64,000 nt of DNA from Octopus vulgaris (taxonomy: Eukaryota): contig OX597824.1 in assembly GCA_951406725.2 (NCBI GenBank), positions 77,810,001 through 77,874,000 on the forward strand. The letters run 5' to 3'. Made by a program: the position numbers and the translations under genes. The notes under the pieces were generated by a model. It was given only the letters and a program-made list of their open reading frames with translations, was not told where the DNA came from and searched no databases. Below, piece by piece: positions 14,908 through 28,710 of this stretch. Position 1 is the first letter of the stretch; each line of letters opens with the position of its first letter.

Positions 14908-15310
14908 GGCGCAGGAGTGGCTGTGTGGTAAGTAGCTTGTTTACCAACCACATGGTTCTGGGTTCAGTCCCACTGCGTAGCACCTTGGGCAAGTGTCTTC
15001 TACTATAGCCTCGGGCCGACCAAAGCCTTGTGAGTGGATTTGGTAGATGGAAACTGAAAGAAGCCCTTCGTATATATGTATATATATATGCGTGTGTGTG
15101 CTTGTGTGTCTGTATTTGTCCCCCTAGCATTGCTTGACAATCGATGCTGGTGTGTTTATGTCCCCGTTACTTAACGGTTTGGCAAAAGAGACCGATAAAA
15201 TAAGTACTGGGCTTACAAAAGAATAAGTCCCGGGGTCGAGTTGCTCGATTAAAGGCGGTGCTCCAGCATGGCCGCAGTCAAATGACTGAAACAAGTAAAA
15301 GAGTAAAGAG
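14908..15310 (+). mobile_element. SINE family A
   Basis: Full-length copy GGCGCAGGAGTGGCTGTGTGGTAAG...GGTTCAGTCCC...GAAACAAGTAAAAGAG. Confidence 0.9.
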
Positions 15311-15705
15311 TATATGGGGTCACCTGGGGTGGGGTGGGGTGGGGTGGTGGAACTTCCCAGAGTTTGGATTTACCTTAGCATGAAGTGCAAGTGACCTGTC
15401 TCATTTGAAGTGTTCAACTTACAGGTGCATGTTGAAAAGAAGCGCATACACCCAGGCCATACTTATCTCTTTCATCTTACAGGAAATTTCTTGGGGTAAC
15501 CTCTACATCAGCTTTCATCTTCTCCCTCCAAAATGAAAGCTGATGACGGGGCTGGTTGAAGAGAAAGGTATCTACCCAAAATTGCTTTAATGTTATCCAC
15601 TCCAAAATTTGCTTGTGTGGCGGTCAAAAGAAGGAAAACTTACTGCTTTTCTTAGCCAAATAAATGTAGCTGAGAGAATCTTCCCAAAAGGCTGCCGGAA
15701 ATATA

Positions 15706-16179
15706 AAAGGTGTCCATAAAATCTCTCTCTATATAAACGACAGTTTGTCAGTCTGCGTGTCTGTGTGTCTGTTAGGTTGTACCCTCACCCTGACCACAGC
15801 TTTCAACCGATTCTGCTGCAACTTGACACACACATAGCCCAATGTCATAATTCAAAACTAACGCAGCGAAAATTTTGAAAAGTTCCCCCAGTTCTGAAAA
15901 AAATCGATAAATTCGACATGGGGTCGAGAATCAGAAACACAAACCACAGACTGTCTAGGGGGCGCAACTCGACCTTTTTAACTCTCAAAAAAAAAAAATT
16001 ACCATCATTTTTTTCCCATTATTTTGGCTATTTTTTGGCTATAACTCTCTAAAAATGCTTTATAGTTATTTCCCTTACAAACCCGAGCAACGCCGGGCGA
16101 TACTGCTAGTATCTCTATAAATTCCACACTTTCACACTTTAAACATTTCAAATTGTAAAGGTGCTTTATGGACACCCTG
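15706..16179. mobile_element. Tc1/mariner-type MITE interrupted by a Helitron
   Basis: TA-AAAGGTGTCCATAAA ... TTTATGGACACCCTG-TA: 15 bp TIRs with 2 mismatches and TA flanks. Confidence 0.7.
15722..16109 (+). mobile_element. Non-autonomous Helitron
   Basis: TCTCTCTCTATATAAACG...CCCGAGCAACGCCGGGCGATACTGCTAG; A|T target. Confidence 0.8.
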
Positions 16180-16559
16180 TATTTAGCATATGACTACGAA
16201 GTCTATTACATGTGACACGCGAAACGAGACATTTAAGAGGGCTTACGTTTGAGCCGATCCTTGGCCGCTTTGATTTTGGCAAAGAAATCTCCATACGGCC
16301 GTGTGATGAAGGAAAGTTCGGAATAGTCTATTTTTCGTTTATTCCAATCAACTGGGCAATTCAGTCTGCGGAATTTCTGAAAGTTACTTTGCAATATTGC
16401 TATAGATTTCCGATTTGAAATGTCCATACCCTAATTTGGAATGCCCATGCCAAAAACGTGATCTGCTCTTAAATGAGCTGAAAATGTAATCCTTAACAGA
16501 AATATTTATAGTTTTATATTTGTGAGTAGTCACTTGATGTTCCCTTCTTCTGGTAGGTA

Positions 16560-16882
16560 GGAGCACTCTGTCGGTTACGACGACGAGGGGCCCAGCTGAT
16601 ACGATCAGTGGAACAGCTTGCTCGTGAAATTAACGTGCAAGTGACTGAGCAATCCACAGACACTGGTGCCCCTAACGTAGTTCTCAGGGATATTCAGTGT
16701 GAAACAGAGTGTAACAAGGCCGGCCCTTTGAAACACGGGTACAACTCATTTTTTCCAGCTGAGTGAACTGGAGCAAGGTGAAATAAAGTGTCTTGCTCAA
16801 TGACATAACGCGTCGTCGGAAATTGAGCTCACGACCTTACAATCGTGACCCGAATGCCCTAACAACTAGGCCAGGCGCCTTC
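16560..16882 (-). mobile_element. SINE family C-related, diverged
   Basis: Shares the tail AATTTCACGAGCA...CGTCGTAACCGAC and a tRNA-like head. Confidence 0.75.
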
Positions 16883-17393
16883 ACCTCCTGGTATGTCTAC
16901 GTGGCACCATCTACACCAACAAATCTACACCAGGATATGGACGGGGAAGCTGAGCATTTTACGTTGCAATTGTTGCCTATATTACAATTACTGGCTTTCT
17001 TTCTGTAGTTTATACTTCTACCGTATAAGCTGCTGTTGCGTTTGCGTTTTTCAAACCTTGTTGGCAATTTAGTAGTAACATTTTTAGTAATTATTGCTGT
17101 TACTGATGTTGTTGTCGTTATTGTTACGGTTGTTGTGGTGGATCTCTGCTAGGTTTTCTGCATCTGTGCAAAACCTATGAAATTATCTTGCTAATCCGGG
17201 ATTTGCAAAAGAACTAACAACAATATATATAACAACACAGTGTTTACATCACTGTGACAATCACATGCAGTATTCGTTGGAATATTTACAAGTATTCTGC
17301 TGTAATTACAATGCATCAAAGCATTGCATTTATACAAAACTGTTTCGAAGTAGCATCAATATGAGTGCTCTTTATAAGTAGTGTCTTCGTGTG

Positions 17394-17489
<96 letters not shown>

Positions 17490-17570
17490 CCGCGTGTGCA
17501 CCGTTGGCGATTTTTTTCCTTTTTTTTCCCTCCGTCTTCCCTCCGTCTTCTGGATCTTTCCTTCTCCTAT

Positions 17571-17605
17571 GTTTCCGACGAAGAGCTCCGCTCGAAACGT
17601 TAAAC
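17571..17605 (+). ncRNA. Minimal hammerhead-like motif in short repeat 17490-17700
   Basis: GTTT-CCGACGAA-GAGC(TCC)GCTC-GAAA-CG-TT-AAAC. Stem I GTTT/AAAC pairs; the core has a U4->C change. Confidence 0.45.
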
Positions 17606-17799
17606 CCTCCTTCTTTCCTGAGCGTCCAATAATACTATATTTGTTCCACGTCCTCGCGTTGTTGTGTTTTTTTGTGCTTTCTTGTTTGGATTAATTTTGT
17701 ATTTTATTTTGTAATTTTATTTGTATCGTTTTTACGTCCTGTTTGTGTCACATTTTTTCTTTCCTTGTTTTTACCCCTCTGCGAAGTAATTTTATTTAA

Positions 17800-18105
17800 T
17801 TCTTTCGCAGGAAGAGCTAGTTCGACGAGTCATGTTCTGTCCTCACCTTCGAAACACGCTGGAGTTGAACTAGGGACAGCTGATGAAGGGGATTTTTCCT
17901 TGTGTAGTTTGTTTTGTACTCTGTTTTTCCGTTGTAAAAAAATGGTCCGTTCCATGTTTGTTTTTACGTTTTCGTTTCTCGTTGAGTTCTACGTCTATTT
18001 GTGGTGTCCTGTACTCACGTATATATATTTATAAATGCATGTATATATACATGTAGATATAGGTACGTACATATATGTATGTATGTATGTATGCATATAT
18101 TTTAT
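17800..18105 (+). repeat. Interspersed repeat also present as divergent pair at 5690-5905 (-) and 5945-6190 (+)
   Basis: Shared TGGTGTCCTGTAC...ATGCATGTATATATACATGTAGAT and CTGATGAAGGGG/CTGAAGTAGGGG motifs. Confidence 0.65.
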
Positions 18106-18177
18106 TTATAACACTATTGTATGACTGAGCGTCCTCGCGTCGATTCGATTCGTTTCGTTTCTTCTTCTCCAAGTACT

Positions 18178-18232
<55 letters not shown>

Positions 18233-18266
18233 TAGATAGATAAAGAGATAGATAGAGAGATAGATT

Positions 18267-18344
<78 letters not shown>

Positions 18345-18787
18345 GACACACACGCATACATGCGTATATATAAACGTGCGTCCGCACGCACACGCACTTA
18401 TCGATTTATGTAAATATTCATATTCAGAACTTTTATTTATACTCCCACCGGTTTGAATGAAAGGTTGCGGTCATGCTGGGGCACTGACTTCAGTGTGATG
18501 GGGTTTATTTCACACGCAATTTCTGGCTTTCTATCTGGATCTATTTCTAGTGGTATACCTAGTTGGACAGAGATACTCTTCCTTATGTCTCCTATGAAAA
18601 CTTGGGCAGACGATTTTTGGAAACATCTATAATGACAACTCGCAATGTGTCTGAGGTTGCTCGGAAGTGCTGACAAGCTGTGAGCGCTTGAAAATGCCAT
18701 CCACTTGTTACTTCAATTGGAGAGGATGAGATCTTTGGAACAACGCGGTGGCGTCCAGTTCGGAGGATGGTATAGCTTTCAGTAAAA

Positions 18788-19207
18788 GGCGGTGAGCTGG
18801 CAGAAACGTTAGCACGCCGGGCGAAATGCGTAGCCGTATTTCGTCTGCCGTTATGTTCTGAGTTCAAATTCCGCCGGGGTGGTCTTTGCCTTTCATCCTT
18901 TCGGGGTCGATAAATTAAGTACCAGTTACGCACTGGGGTCGATATAATCGACTTAATCCGTTTGTCTGTTCTTGTTTGTCCCCTCTGTGTTTAGCCCCTT
19001 GTGGGTAGTAAAGAAATAGGTATTTCGTCTGCCGTTACATTCTGGGTTCAAATTCCGCCGAGGTCGACTTTGCATTTCATCCTTTCGGGGTCGATAAATT
19101 AAGTACCAGTTACGCACTGGGGTCGATATAATCGACTTAATCCGTTTGTCTGTTTTTGTTTGTCCCCTCTGTCTTTAGCCCCTTGTGGTGGGTAGTAAAG
19201 AAATTGG
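18788..19207 (+). mobile_element. SINE family B plus tandem partial duplicate
   Basis: Full copy 18788-19020, immediately followed by a copy lacking the first ~50 bp. Confidence 0.9.
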
Positions 19208-19681
19208 TATAGCTTTCAGTCTCACAGTTGGATTCTAGACCCTCCAGAATCTTCCATCTTAAAGTATGTATGAATGTATGTATGTATTCGCATGTATGTA
19301 TGTATGAGACAATTTAGATATATTTTCTATATATATATACTCACACACACAAACACATACATTATTACTAAAGCTGCAAAAACATCACACAAATATCACA
19401 AAAAAAAACTTTACTCAGAGTTTCACTATCCCGTTCTTCAGGCAGTTGTGATCTCCGTAGCGGTTCTTTATGATATTTTTGCAGCTTTCATAATAAAGCA
19501 TATTACTCAACTTCCGGTCTTCGAGTATTATTTTTTCCCATCTTGTTTCACATTTCTCAGCTTACACGGGTATATATATATCTATCTATATATATGTGTG
19601 TTTGTGCGTGTGTGTGTGTGTATTTGTGTTTGATTGCATTATATATTTATATATATATATACATATATATGTGTGTGATTG

Positions 19682-19730
<49 letters not shown>

Positions 19731-19740
19731 ATATGTGTAA

Positions 19741-19777
<37 letters not shown>

Positions 19778-20213
19778 ATATATGTATATATGTATATATA
19801 TGTATACATGTATATATGTGTGTGTATATGTGTATTTGTGCATGTGTGTGTGTGTCTGCTTGTGTGTAATACGGAATTAAATGCAAAAGTTGACGATAGT
19901 TTTGATGATTATGACGATCATCATCATCATCATCGTCGTCGTATTGTCATCGTCGTCGTGTTGTCATCGTCGTCGCCGTCATTATCATCATCATACTCAT
20001 CATCATCAGCAGCAGCAACGACGGTGGTATCGAAGAGGGGGCCGTGTAAGAAGGTCACCGGTATTAACATAATAACACACAAGCTCACACAATAAGATGC
20101 ATACAAACCCCGTCCGTATCTAAACACATACACGCGAACGCACACAAAAACATAGTGACTTGAGGAAAAATGAATAAAAACAATTGGGTGTAATAACACA
20201 CCCACTCCTACGT

Positions 20214-20595
20214 AAGCGTGGGAGTGGCTTGCTTACGAACCACATGGTTCCGGTTTCAGTCCCACTGCGTGGCACGTTGGGCAGGTGCCTTCTACTATAG
20301 CCTCGGGCCGACCAAAGCCTTGTGAGTGGATTTGGTAGACGGAAACTGAAAGAAGCCAGACGTGTATGTATATCTATCTGTATATATATATATAATGTGT
20401 TTGTGTGTCTGTGTTTGTCTACCCAACATCGTTTGACAACCGATGGTATTGTGTTTACGTCCCCGTAACATAGCGGTTCTTCAAATAAGTACTAGGCTTA
20501 CAATGTATAAGTCCTGGGGTCGATTTGCTCGACTAAAGGCGGTGTTCCAGCATGGCCACACTCAAGAAACTGAAACTAGTAAAAGAGTAAAAGAC
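20214..20595 (+). mobile_element. SINE family A
   Basis: Colinear with 14908-15310. Confidence 0.85.
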
Positions 20596-20858
20596 TAAAT
20601 ATTCCTGATCGTTAATATCATTGGCACTTAACAAAGTTGTCCATATTAATGTACGCACAACATCGCGTGCGCATAAACATATACGGACACACAGGATGAC
20701 GTGTCAGACACACAGACAGGATACTGCAGAAATATATACAAGAATAGATAAGTCTCTGGTACTGTATGTATATGAATGTGACAATATGATAAGTGCTTAC
20801 ATATGTACAGGGTGCGATGGGTAAATTGTCTCCATTTTATATTCTTACTTTTTCGCAT

Positions 20859-20862
<4 letters not shown>

Positions 20863-20953
<91 letters not shown>

Positions 20954-20967
20954 TATGTATATGTATA

Positions 20968-21012
<45 letters not shown>

Positions 21013-21301
21013 TATATATGCATATATTTGTATGTATACGTATGAACATATGCATATGTGTACAGAGATGTATACATATAAACATATACATATATATATA
21101 TATATATGTACATATACATATATATATATACATGTATACATATATATACATATATACATATATACATATACACATACATATATATACATATATACTGACA
21201 TATACATAGACATACACATGTTTGTGTCTGAATATATGAAATATGTGTATGTATAAATACATCTGTGTGCGGGCATGTATGCATAAATATCTGCATACAT
21301 G

Positions 21302-21340
<39 letters not shown>
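20863..21340. repeat. Long degenerate (TA)n/(TACA)n microsatellite (representative of dozens of such tracts)
   Basis: Direct inspection; similar tracts at 1730-2100, 2520-2960, 8330-8570, 31430-31920, 42533-42637 and 51452-51732. Confidence 0.97.
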
Positions 21341-21344
<4 letters not shown>

Positions 21345-21673
21345 CTTTATATAATTAAGGGCTCAGTAAAATAATTTACTTTGCCACATACTGAATTTTT
21401 TAAAATAACAGCCAAAAAAATTTTCTTTAGCCATTTCTACTACTTTAAGAAGAATCTCTCTGAGATTCTTCTTAAAGTAGTAGAAATGGCTAAAGAAAAT
21501 TTTTTTGGCTGCTATTTCTAAAAATTTCAGTATGTGGCAAAGTAAATTATTTTACTGAGCCCTTTATTATATAAAGTAATATTTTGAATACGCCTTGAAT
21601 GCTCCTTTTACATACTGAACACTACTTGGTGAAATTAATTAATAGCTAATTGATTTTACCCTTAATTATTGAT
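21341..21673. repeat. (TA)n-flanked palindrome (~118 bp arms, 3 nt loop) plus unique extension
   Basis: 21341-21458 is the near-perfect reverse complement of 21462-21580, followed by ~90 bp of unique sequence and then (TA)n. Confidence 0.85.
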
Positions 21674-21789
21674 AATATATATATATATATATATAAGTAT
21701 ACACACGCGCGCATGCACACACACACACATAATTTTATATGGGCATAGCGTTCTTCATTGAATATTATATTTCATTGAACTTGCACATA

Positions 21790-22480
21790 ATGGTTGTTTT
21801 TCTTCATTGCCGGGAAATAATTGGTTCCAAACAGATGCAAATGCCATCATTGAATTCTTAGCCGAAGAGCTGAGCTGTCCGTCCGACATCCACAGAAGGT
21901 TACGGGTTGTTTACGAAGCCGACACCATTGGCATTTGCAATGTGCACAGATGAACGGAGAAAATTTAAAGAGCAGAAAATTAGTTTGGGAATTAAAATCA
22001 CACTATAGGAAACCATCAGATCCGAATGCTGACCTGAATCGCCAGCGAGTGCAAGAATTAATTCACGTGATTGGACGAATCAGTCATTAGCTTGTTGCTT
22101 GGCTGGACTGCGGTCGAAATGCATTATGCAGTAGAAGAAGACAGTAGAAAAAATTGGATATCAGAATGTGTGTGTCAGGTGGATACCTCTATTCGAATAA
22201 GAAGTCTTCTTTGATATACAGAAAGCGTGAAAAGCCAATGTAGACACGTTTTGATGTGATCTGGTTAAACAGATGAAACGTGAGTATTTCTTTATGTGCA
22301 GGAAGTGAAAACCCAGTCCATCTCGAAGGAATCTTCGGAAAGCAATCTTCACATAAAGTATGGCGACTGTTTCTTAAAAATCATTTTCCATTCATTTTCC
22401 GGAAGTTGGATGTACTGCGAACAACAAACCGTGCACTGTAACACTGAAAAAGGTTAGACAAACTATTAACAATAAAAGAA
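21790..22480 (+). mobile_element. Decayed mariner transposase fragment
   Basis: Remnants AIIEFLAEE...DIHRRLRVVY and VCVRWIP are typical of the mariner N-terminus; heavily frameshifted. Confidence 0.55.
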
Positions 22481-22599
22481 CCATAAGAATCTTATTTCTT
22501 TACTGCCCACAAGGGACTACATACAGAAGGGACAAACAAGGACAGACAAACGGATTAAGTCAATTATATCGACCCCAGTTCAAAACTTGCACTAAGAAT

Positions 22600-22725
22600 A
22601 AATCTAAGGTAAAATATTACCTGTTTTTATAGAAGGTTGATGCAGGTAGCTCATCCCGCTCCTTTCGAGTTAAAACTCGAAGTTCATGAAATTGAAAAAA
22701 CCGCATTATTTAATGGGTTGCCCCA
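22600..22725 (-). mobile_element. Terminal fragment of the mariner family at 37400-38768
   Basis: GTTGATGCAGGTAG..ATCCCG and GAAAAAACCGCATTATTTAATGGG match 38680-38768. Confidence 0.6.
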
Positions 22726-22741
22726 TATAGATATATACATA

Positions 22742-22808
<67 letters not shown>

Positions 22809-23797
22809 CAGTGTGTGTGTGTGTGTGTTTGTGTGTGTATATATATATATGTATGTATGTATGTATGCATGTATATATGTATGTATAATTTTAATTGCAT
22901 AGAATTTCAAAGCAAAATCTTTTTACTAGGAAGTCAGTAATTGAAAAGAACTATTTACTTGCACACGCAAACACGCACTCACACTCACGCTCACAGACAC
23001 ACATTCAATTTCTTGCAGATGTAGTATTTCATATTTCCATATACACATATACCACATTGAATCACCAATCTGTACTACAACGATTGCCGCAATCCTATAT
23101 ATGTGTACATTGTAATGTATGCACATAGACCGGTATAGCTGCATATATGTATATAAAAATTTCGCGCACATTCTCACGCAAAGCTTGGTAAAAGTATAAA
23201 TATGTAAACACATATTCACAGAGGGACTGTGAGACAGACGGGAACCAAGAACAAATTTTTAAAAATGTCCGTAAATGTAAAGGAAATGTATGTGATATAT
23301 ATAATACGATATTAATGCATGCAGGTATAAAATATGCATGCAGTCGGTTGAATGTTTTTGCCGCAAGCAAAATCTGAAAGAAAATATATTAACAGCAAAA
23401 AAAAAGTGATTGAAATATATTAAGAACAATAAATACAACAAGTTTTAATGAAATTCAAATTGAAAAATGAAACGATGGAAAAAAGAATATGCACACAGCA
23501 ATACCTATAACGACAAAAACAAATGACTAGTGCAGTCGATGGAGATAAAGAAATGTATGTGTTCAAATATGGCCGCCTTCGGTAAATGACTTTACAGAAG
23601 AAAAAAAACATTATGTGTTATAAAAATGTTGCAATCGATTTTGAAATTTCTTCTATGTTATCATTGTAAAAATCAATAATTTTACAGAGGGTGAGGGGAA
23701 AAGATGATGGGGGGCGGAGAGAAGGGGTGAAAGAACAGAGGCTGGTAAGATGTGAGAGAGGAGAGTAGGAGTTAACTTTTGAGAAACAAGTTGCGAG

Positions 23798-23846
<49 letters not shown>

Positions 23847-23989
23847 GAAAGAAATGAGGTTGATAGAGATGGGGAGTATGAGATAAAAGTTGAGAGCAAG
23901 AAACAAAAAGTCGCTAGAAAACAGATACAAAAATGCATTAATGGAAATAATATGGATCATATATAAGATGATATGAGACGTGCCCAGGG

Positions 23990-24470
23990 GTCATACGGTG
24001 GACTCCTCCCTCTCATTTAGATACGTTTGATGATGCGGATGACTGTGCTGGCCTCAAATACAGATGATCAACAGAAGAAAATTAATAAGTTTGACAGTTA
24101 TGCAAAGGCTGGTCTTAATATCAATACCTCAAACGGACAAGTCTGGAGTTTACACTCTTGCAACACGGCACCTACCATTGCCAAACATAACCCATTCGAT
24201 TATATTTAGGACATTATACATCTAGTAAGCCTTATCAGCGAAATCATCAGGAAAGGATGAAGACATCGAAGTAAGGTTTAACTACCCACTTCTAGTATAT
24301 GGAACACATTAGTTGGTTTGTAAGTCAAGGAAATATAGACTTAGGATTCAAGTTTGGGTTATATACAAACGGCAAAGCCCAACTTATTCTAAAATATCGA
24401 TTAGAATGCTGGTAAGTGGTTTAAAGAGAAGCTAATGAGATCAGTACTTTTCATAATTGTGTAAGAGAGT
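23990..24470 (+). pseudogene. Decayed LINE (RTE-like) RT fragment
   Basis: LDTFDDADD followed by ...KAGLNINTS resembles YADD ... GL.IN..KT; many disruptions. Confidence 0.5.
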
Positions 24471-24657
24471 ATGAAGCGTCTTGGCACCGCAGTTTAGGCG
24501 CTCACTATTTGGTGTCATTTATTCGGTGTCGTTTCTTCGACGCAGATTATTAGACATCCGCCATTTTGACGTTTCTGTCGTTCTCTTCCCCCTCCTCTCT
24601 CTGTTTTTGTGTGTTTGTGTATTTCATTTTATGTAACTCGAGTTCATTTATGAATTA

Positions 24658-25053
24658 CTAGCAGTATCGCCCGGCGTTGCTCGGGTTTGTAAGGGAAATA
24701 ACTATATAAGCATTTTTAGAGATGTAAAGTATAATAGGCATCTCAATATGGCTAACCACAAGGGGGGGGTGTTACTGTAGCTTTTTATGTTCTGAGATTT
24801 AATAATAAATTTTTAGAGAGTTACTTCCCTTATATATGCCAAAAATGCATTAAAAATGGGAAAAATTGATGGTAATTTTTTTTTTAAATCGTAGACTCAT
24901 CGTAGACGCGCGCTAATACGCAGAAGAGCTCGATATGAATCACGACTATAAGATACCCGGTTTTGGTTAAACTGCACCGCAAAATGTGGGAGTAGTTAGG
25001 AATCTAAATCGTAGGAGACAGACAGCACACAACTTCTCTTTTATATATAAAGA
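24658..25053 (-). mobile_element. Non-autonomous Helitron
   Basis: Minus strand TCTTTATATATAAAAG...CCCGAGCAACGCCGGGCGATACTGCTAG. Confidence 0.8.
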
Positions 25054-25365
25054 TAATCTCTTTCTCCACCCATCTCTTCTCTCTCCCTCTCCCGCTCTCT
25101 CTTTCTCCCTCTTACATTTTCTGCCTGAATGCGTATAATTCTGCCTGAGTATGTGTTTGCTTCCAGCTCCAAAACGTATTATCACCAAAATTTGACGAAT
25201 GTCCTCTTAGAAATCTACCATCTCATCTGTGACTAAGCAGCTGCGCCTAATGGTCTCATTCCATTCTGTGATAGTTTACCGCATTTTCTCGGCTGTAAAC
25301 AATACCAAATTGACATGTGCAGCAAAAATAATGAGCCTCGAAATAAAACATGATTTGGTTGCATT

Positions 25366-25553
25366 GCGCAGGAGTGGCTGTGTGGTAAGTAGCTTGCTAA
25401 CCAACCACATGGTTCCGGGTTCAGTCCCACTGCGTGGCATCTTGGGCAAGTGTCTTCTGCTATAGCCCCGGGCCGACCAAATGCCTTGTGAGTGGATTTG
25501 GTAGACGGAAACTGAAAGAAGCCGGTCCTATATATGTATATATATATATATAA

Positions 25554-25590
<37 letters not shown>

Positions 25591-25801
25591 TGTGTGTGTA
25601 TGTGTTTGTCCCCCTAGCATTGCTTGACAACCGATGCTGGTGTGTTTACGTCCCCGTCACTTAGCGGTTCGGCAAAAGAGACTGAAAGAATAAGTACTGG
25701 GCTTACAAAGAATAAGTCCCGGGGTCGATTTGCTCGACTAAAGGCGGTGCTCCAGCATGGCCGCAGTCAAATGACTGAAACAAGTAAAAGAGTAAAAGAG
25801 T
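25366..25801 (+). mobile_element. SINE family A
   Basis: Colinear with 14908-15310. Confidence 0.9.
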
Positions 25802-25992
25802 ATTCTCACAATGAACGGTGACAAGATACAAAAGGCGACATAAAATATGGAAGCCGCTAGAATTACAAACTCCAGTCCGATCAAAAGGCACAATATATAG
25901 ATCAGTTGAAGGCTAGCTGAGAGAAATGGATTCTACACGGAAGATGTTTGAAAACTTATTTCGAAACCGGTATTTTATTAACTCCGGAGCAA

Positions 25993-26227
25993 AGGCGGTG
26001 AGCTGGCAGAAACCTTAGCACGCCGGGCGAAATGCTTAGCGGTATTTTGTCTGCGTTACGTTGTGAGTTCAAATTCCGCCGTGGTCGACTTTGCCTTTCA
26101 TCTTTTCGGGGTCGATAAATTAAGTACCAGTTACGTACTGGGGTCGATGTAATCGACTTAATACCTATGTCTGTCCTTGTTTGTCTCCTCTGTGTTTAGC
26201 CCCTTGTGGGTAATAAAGAAATAGGTA
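25993..26227 (+). mobile_element. SINE family B with target-site duplication
   Basis: GGTATTTTATTAACTCCGGAG occurs on both sides (~25969-25989 and ~26224-26244). Confidence 0.9.
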
Positions 26228-27407
26228 TTTTATTAACTCCGGAGTGATGGTCGATATATATGACCACGTCGGAATAGGATCTAACTCCAAACTTATATAA
26301 CTAATTACTGCAAACCTATGTGTCCCGACGTCCAAACAGTTTTCCACTTTACCATATTAATAGAATTAAGAAACGAAAGAATTGAAAATATAAAACAGAG
26401 ATAAATAAATAAATAAATAAATAAATAAATACATAGATAATTTGTTAAGAAGTTTAACAAAGGAGAAGAGACGAACAGAGTCTGTCTTAAGATCAAACAC
26501 CCACCACCATAAAAAAAAAATCGCTATTTTCAATTGCTATGAATAAATATGAAGTGATGTAAATTTGTATTTTCGTATAACGAGTACAAGGATTATAATT
26601 GAAGAAAGCTTTATTTCTCCATGAGAAGTCTGTTAAATTCTCAGAATAAAATAGAATATTAGTAATATAATATACCAGGATATAATGTAATATAATACAA
26701 TACGTTATAATAGTCTACACACAATAGGTATTATTTGGCTTATATGTATATATGTGTTTATATACATTTACATAAAGATATATATATATGCGTCTGTGTG
26801 TTTGTGTGTGTGTTTATATATGTTTTTTTATATATATATAGGTAGTTAGAGAGAGAGATTGATATACGTATATATATATATGCATATATATGTATGCATA
26901 TGGTTGTATATAAATTTATATTTGCATATGTATATATGTACACCATATATGAATATACATATGGCTACATTTATATATATATATATATATATATGCATAT
27001 GAATAAATATATGTATATATATATATATGTATATATATAAATGTAAGTATGTATGTATTTAACTGTCTTATACACATACACATATATATGTATAACTGTG
27101 TATATGTTATTATGTCTAGGTTTGAATAATATATTATATACATGCATACACACACACACTCAGCGCGTATATATTATACATAAATATACGTAAAAAAATT
27201 CTCGCAGACTTCCTTCGATAAAATTGGATTTATTGCAATGAAAAGGATATGGAGAGAATACGTATGCATGTATGTATGAACGTATGTATGTATGCATGCA
27301 TGTATGTATGAGTATATATATATATGTATATGTATGCGTGTGCGTGTGTGTGTGTGCGCGTGTGCATATGTAGTACTATATACATATACATGTATAAATA
27401 TTCTTAC

Positions 27408-27466
<59 letters not shown>

Positions 27467-27860
27467 CATATATATTTATATATATGTATATATGAGTATG
27501 TATTTATGAAGAATCGATTACAAAAATTCTCTGAATAGAATCAATAATCTTTTCTCTATTACCTCTGGCCGAAATAAAATTATAGAAATAATACAATAAA
27601 CATATATATCGAGGTTATTAATTATGTAAAAAGTTTTAAAAGAAGACTAAAGTAAAACAATATATACATTTTTATAAAATTACAAATATATCCTGTGTAA
27701 TATTGTGTGTATATATATGAATGGATACGTACGTAGGTATATGTTGAAGTGTATACGCATATATAAGTATATATGTGTGTATATACATATATATATATAT
27801 ACGTATACATACAAATATATATATATATATATGTAAATGTATATATATATGCAAGTACAA

Positions 27861-27908
<48 letters not shown>

Positions 27909-28710
27909 TATGTATGTATATATTGTATCGTTGCTATTCCTATGCATAGCTGAACAGTAACAAAGTGAAGCCTATAATTTAAAATGAAGGAACTCATATA
28001 TGCATGTGTGTGTGTGTTTGGTTTTTCTATGTGTATGCAAGTATGTATGTGTGTATATATCTATACATACAAGTATTGGTAACTGCTTATACATACATAC
28101 ATACATACATACATGCATACATGCATGCATAGATGCATACATACATACACGCATACATGCATACATGCATACATACATAGATGCATAGATGCATACATAC
28201 ATACATACATACATGCATACATACATACATATGAAGAAAGAACATCTGCTTCAAAATAAGTTTCCATTTGATTTTCGTTCAATGAAGATAAGAACCACAA
28301 TACGGAAATTTTCCATGAATTATTTAAACTAGAGAGCTGAATATACTTGGAAAGAAGGCGATGCTTGATGACTTATATATCACATATATGGTAATATTTT
28401 TTCTATTACTATCAAACTTGATATATTTCTGGGAAATCTAATTAGAAATAAATGTTTTCAAAAACTTCGAAATATATAAATATTTCTCAATATTGTGAAA
28501 TAAAAATTAACGTGTATCCATCACCGCACCAATATATCTTGCTGTCACAGAAAAAAATCAGCGACAACAATGAGAATAAAAATAATTTATTTGTTCCTTC
28601 TCGAGCCACGCCTGGCTCATTAGGGCCGGTTTCCCGGTATCCTTGGCGTATAGGTTCCCCACCATCATCATCATCATCATCATCATTATTATTATTATTA
28701 TTATTATTAT

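Noticed and set aside
21610-21645. Hammerhead-like CTGAAC...GAAA near the 21.3 kb palindrome (and similar at ~3110-3135)
   Set aside because: Core and stems are too degenerate to call.
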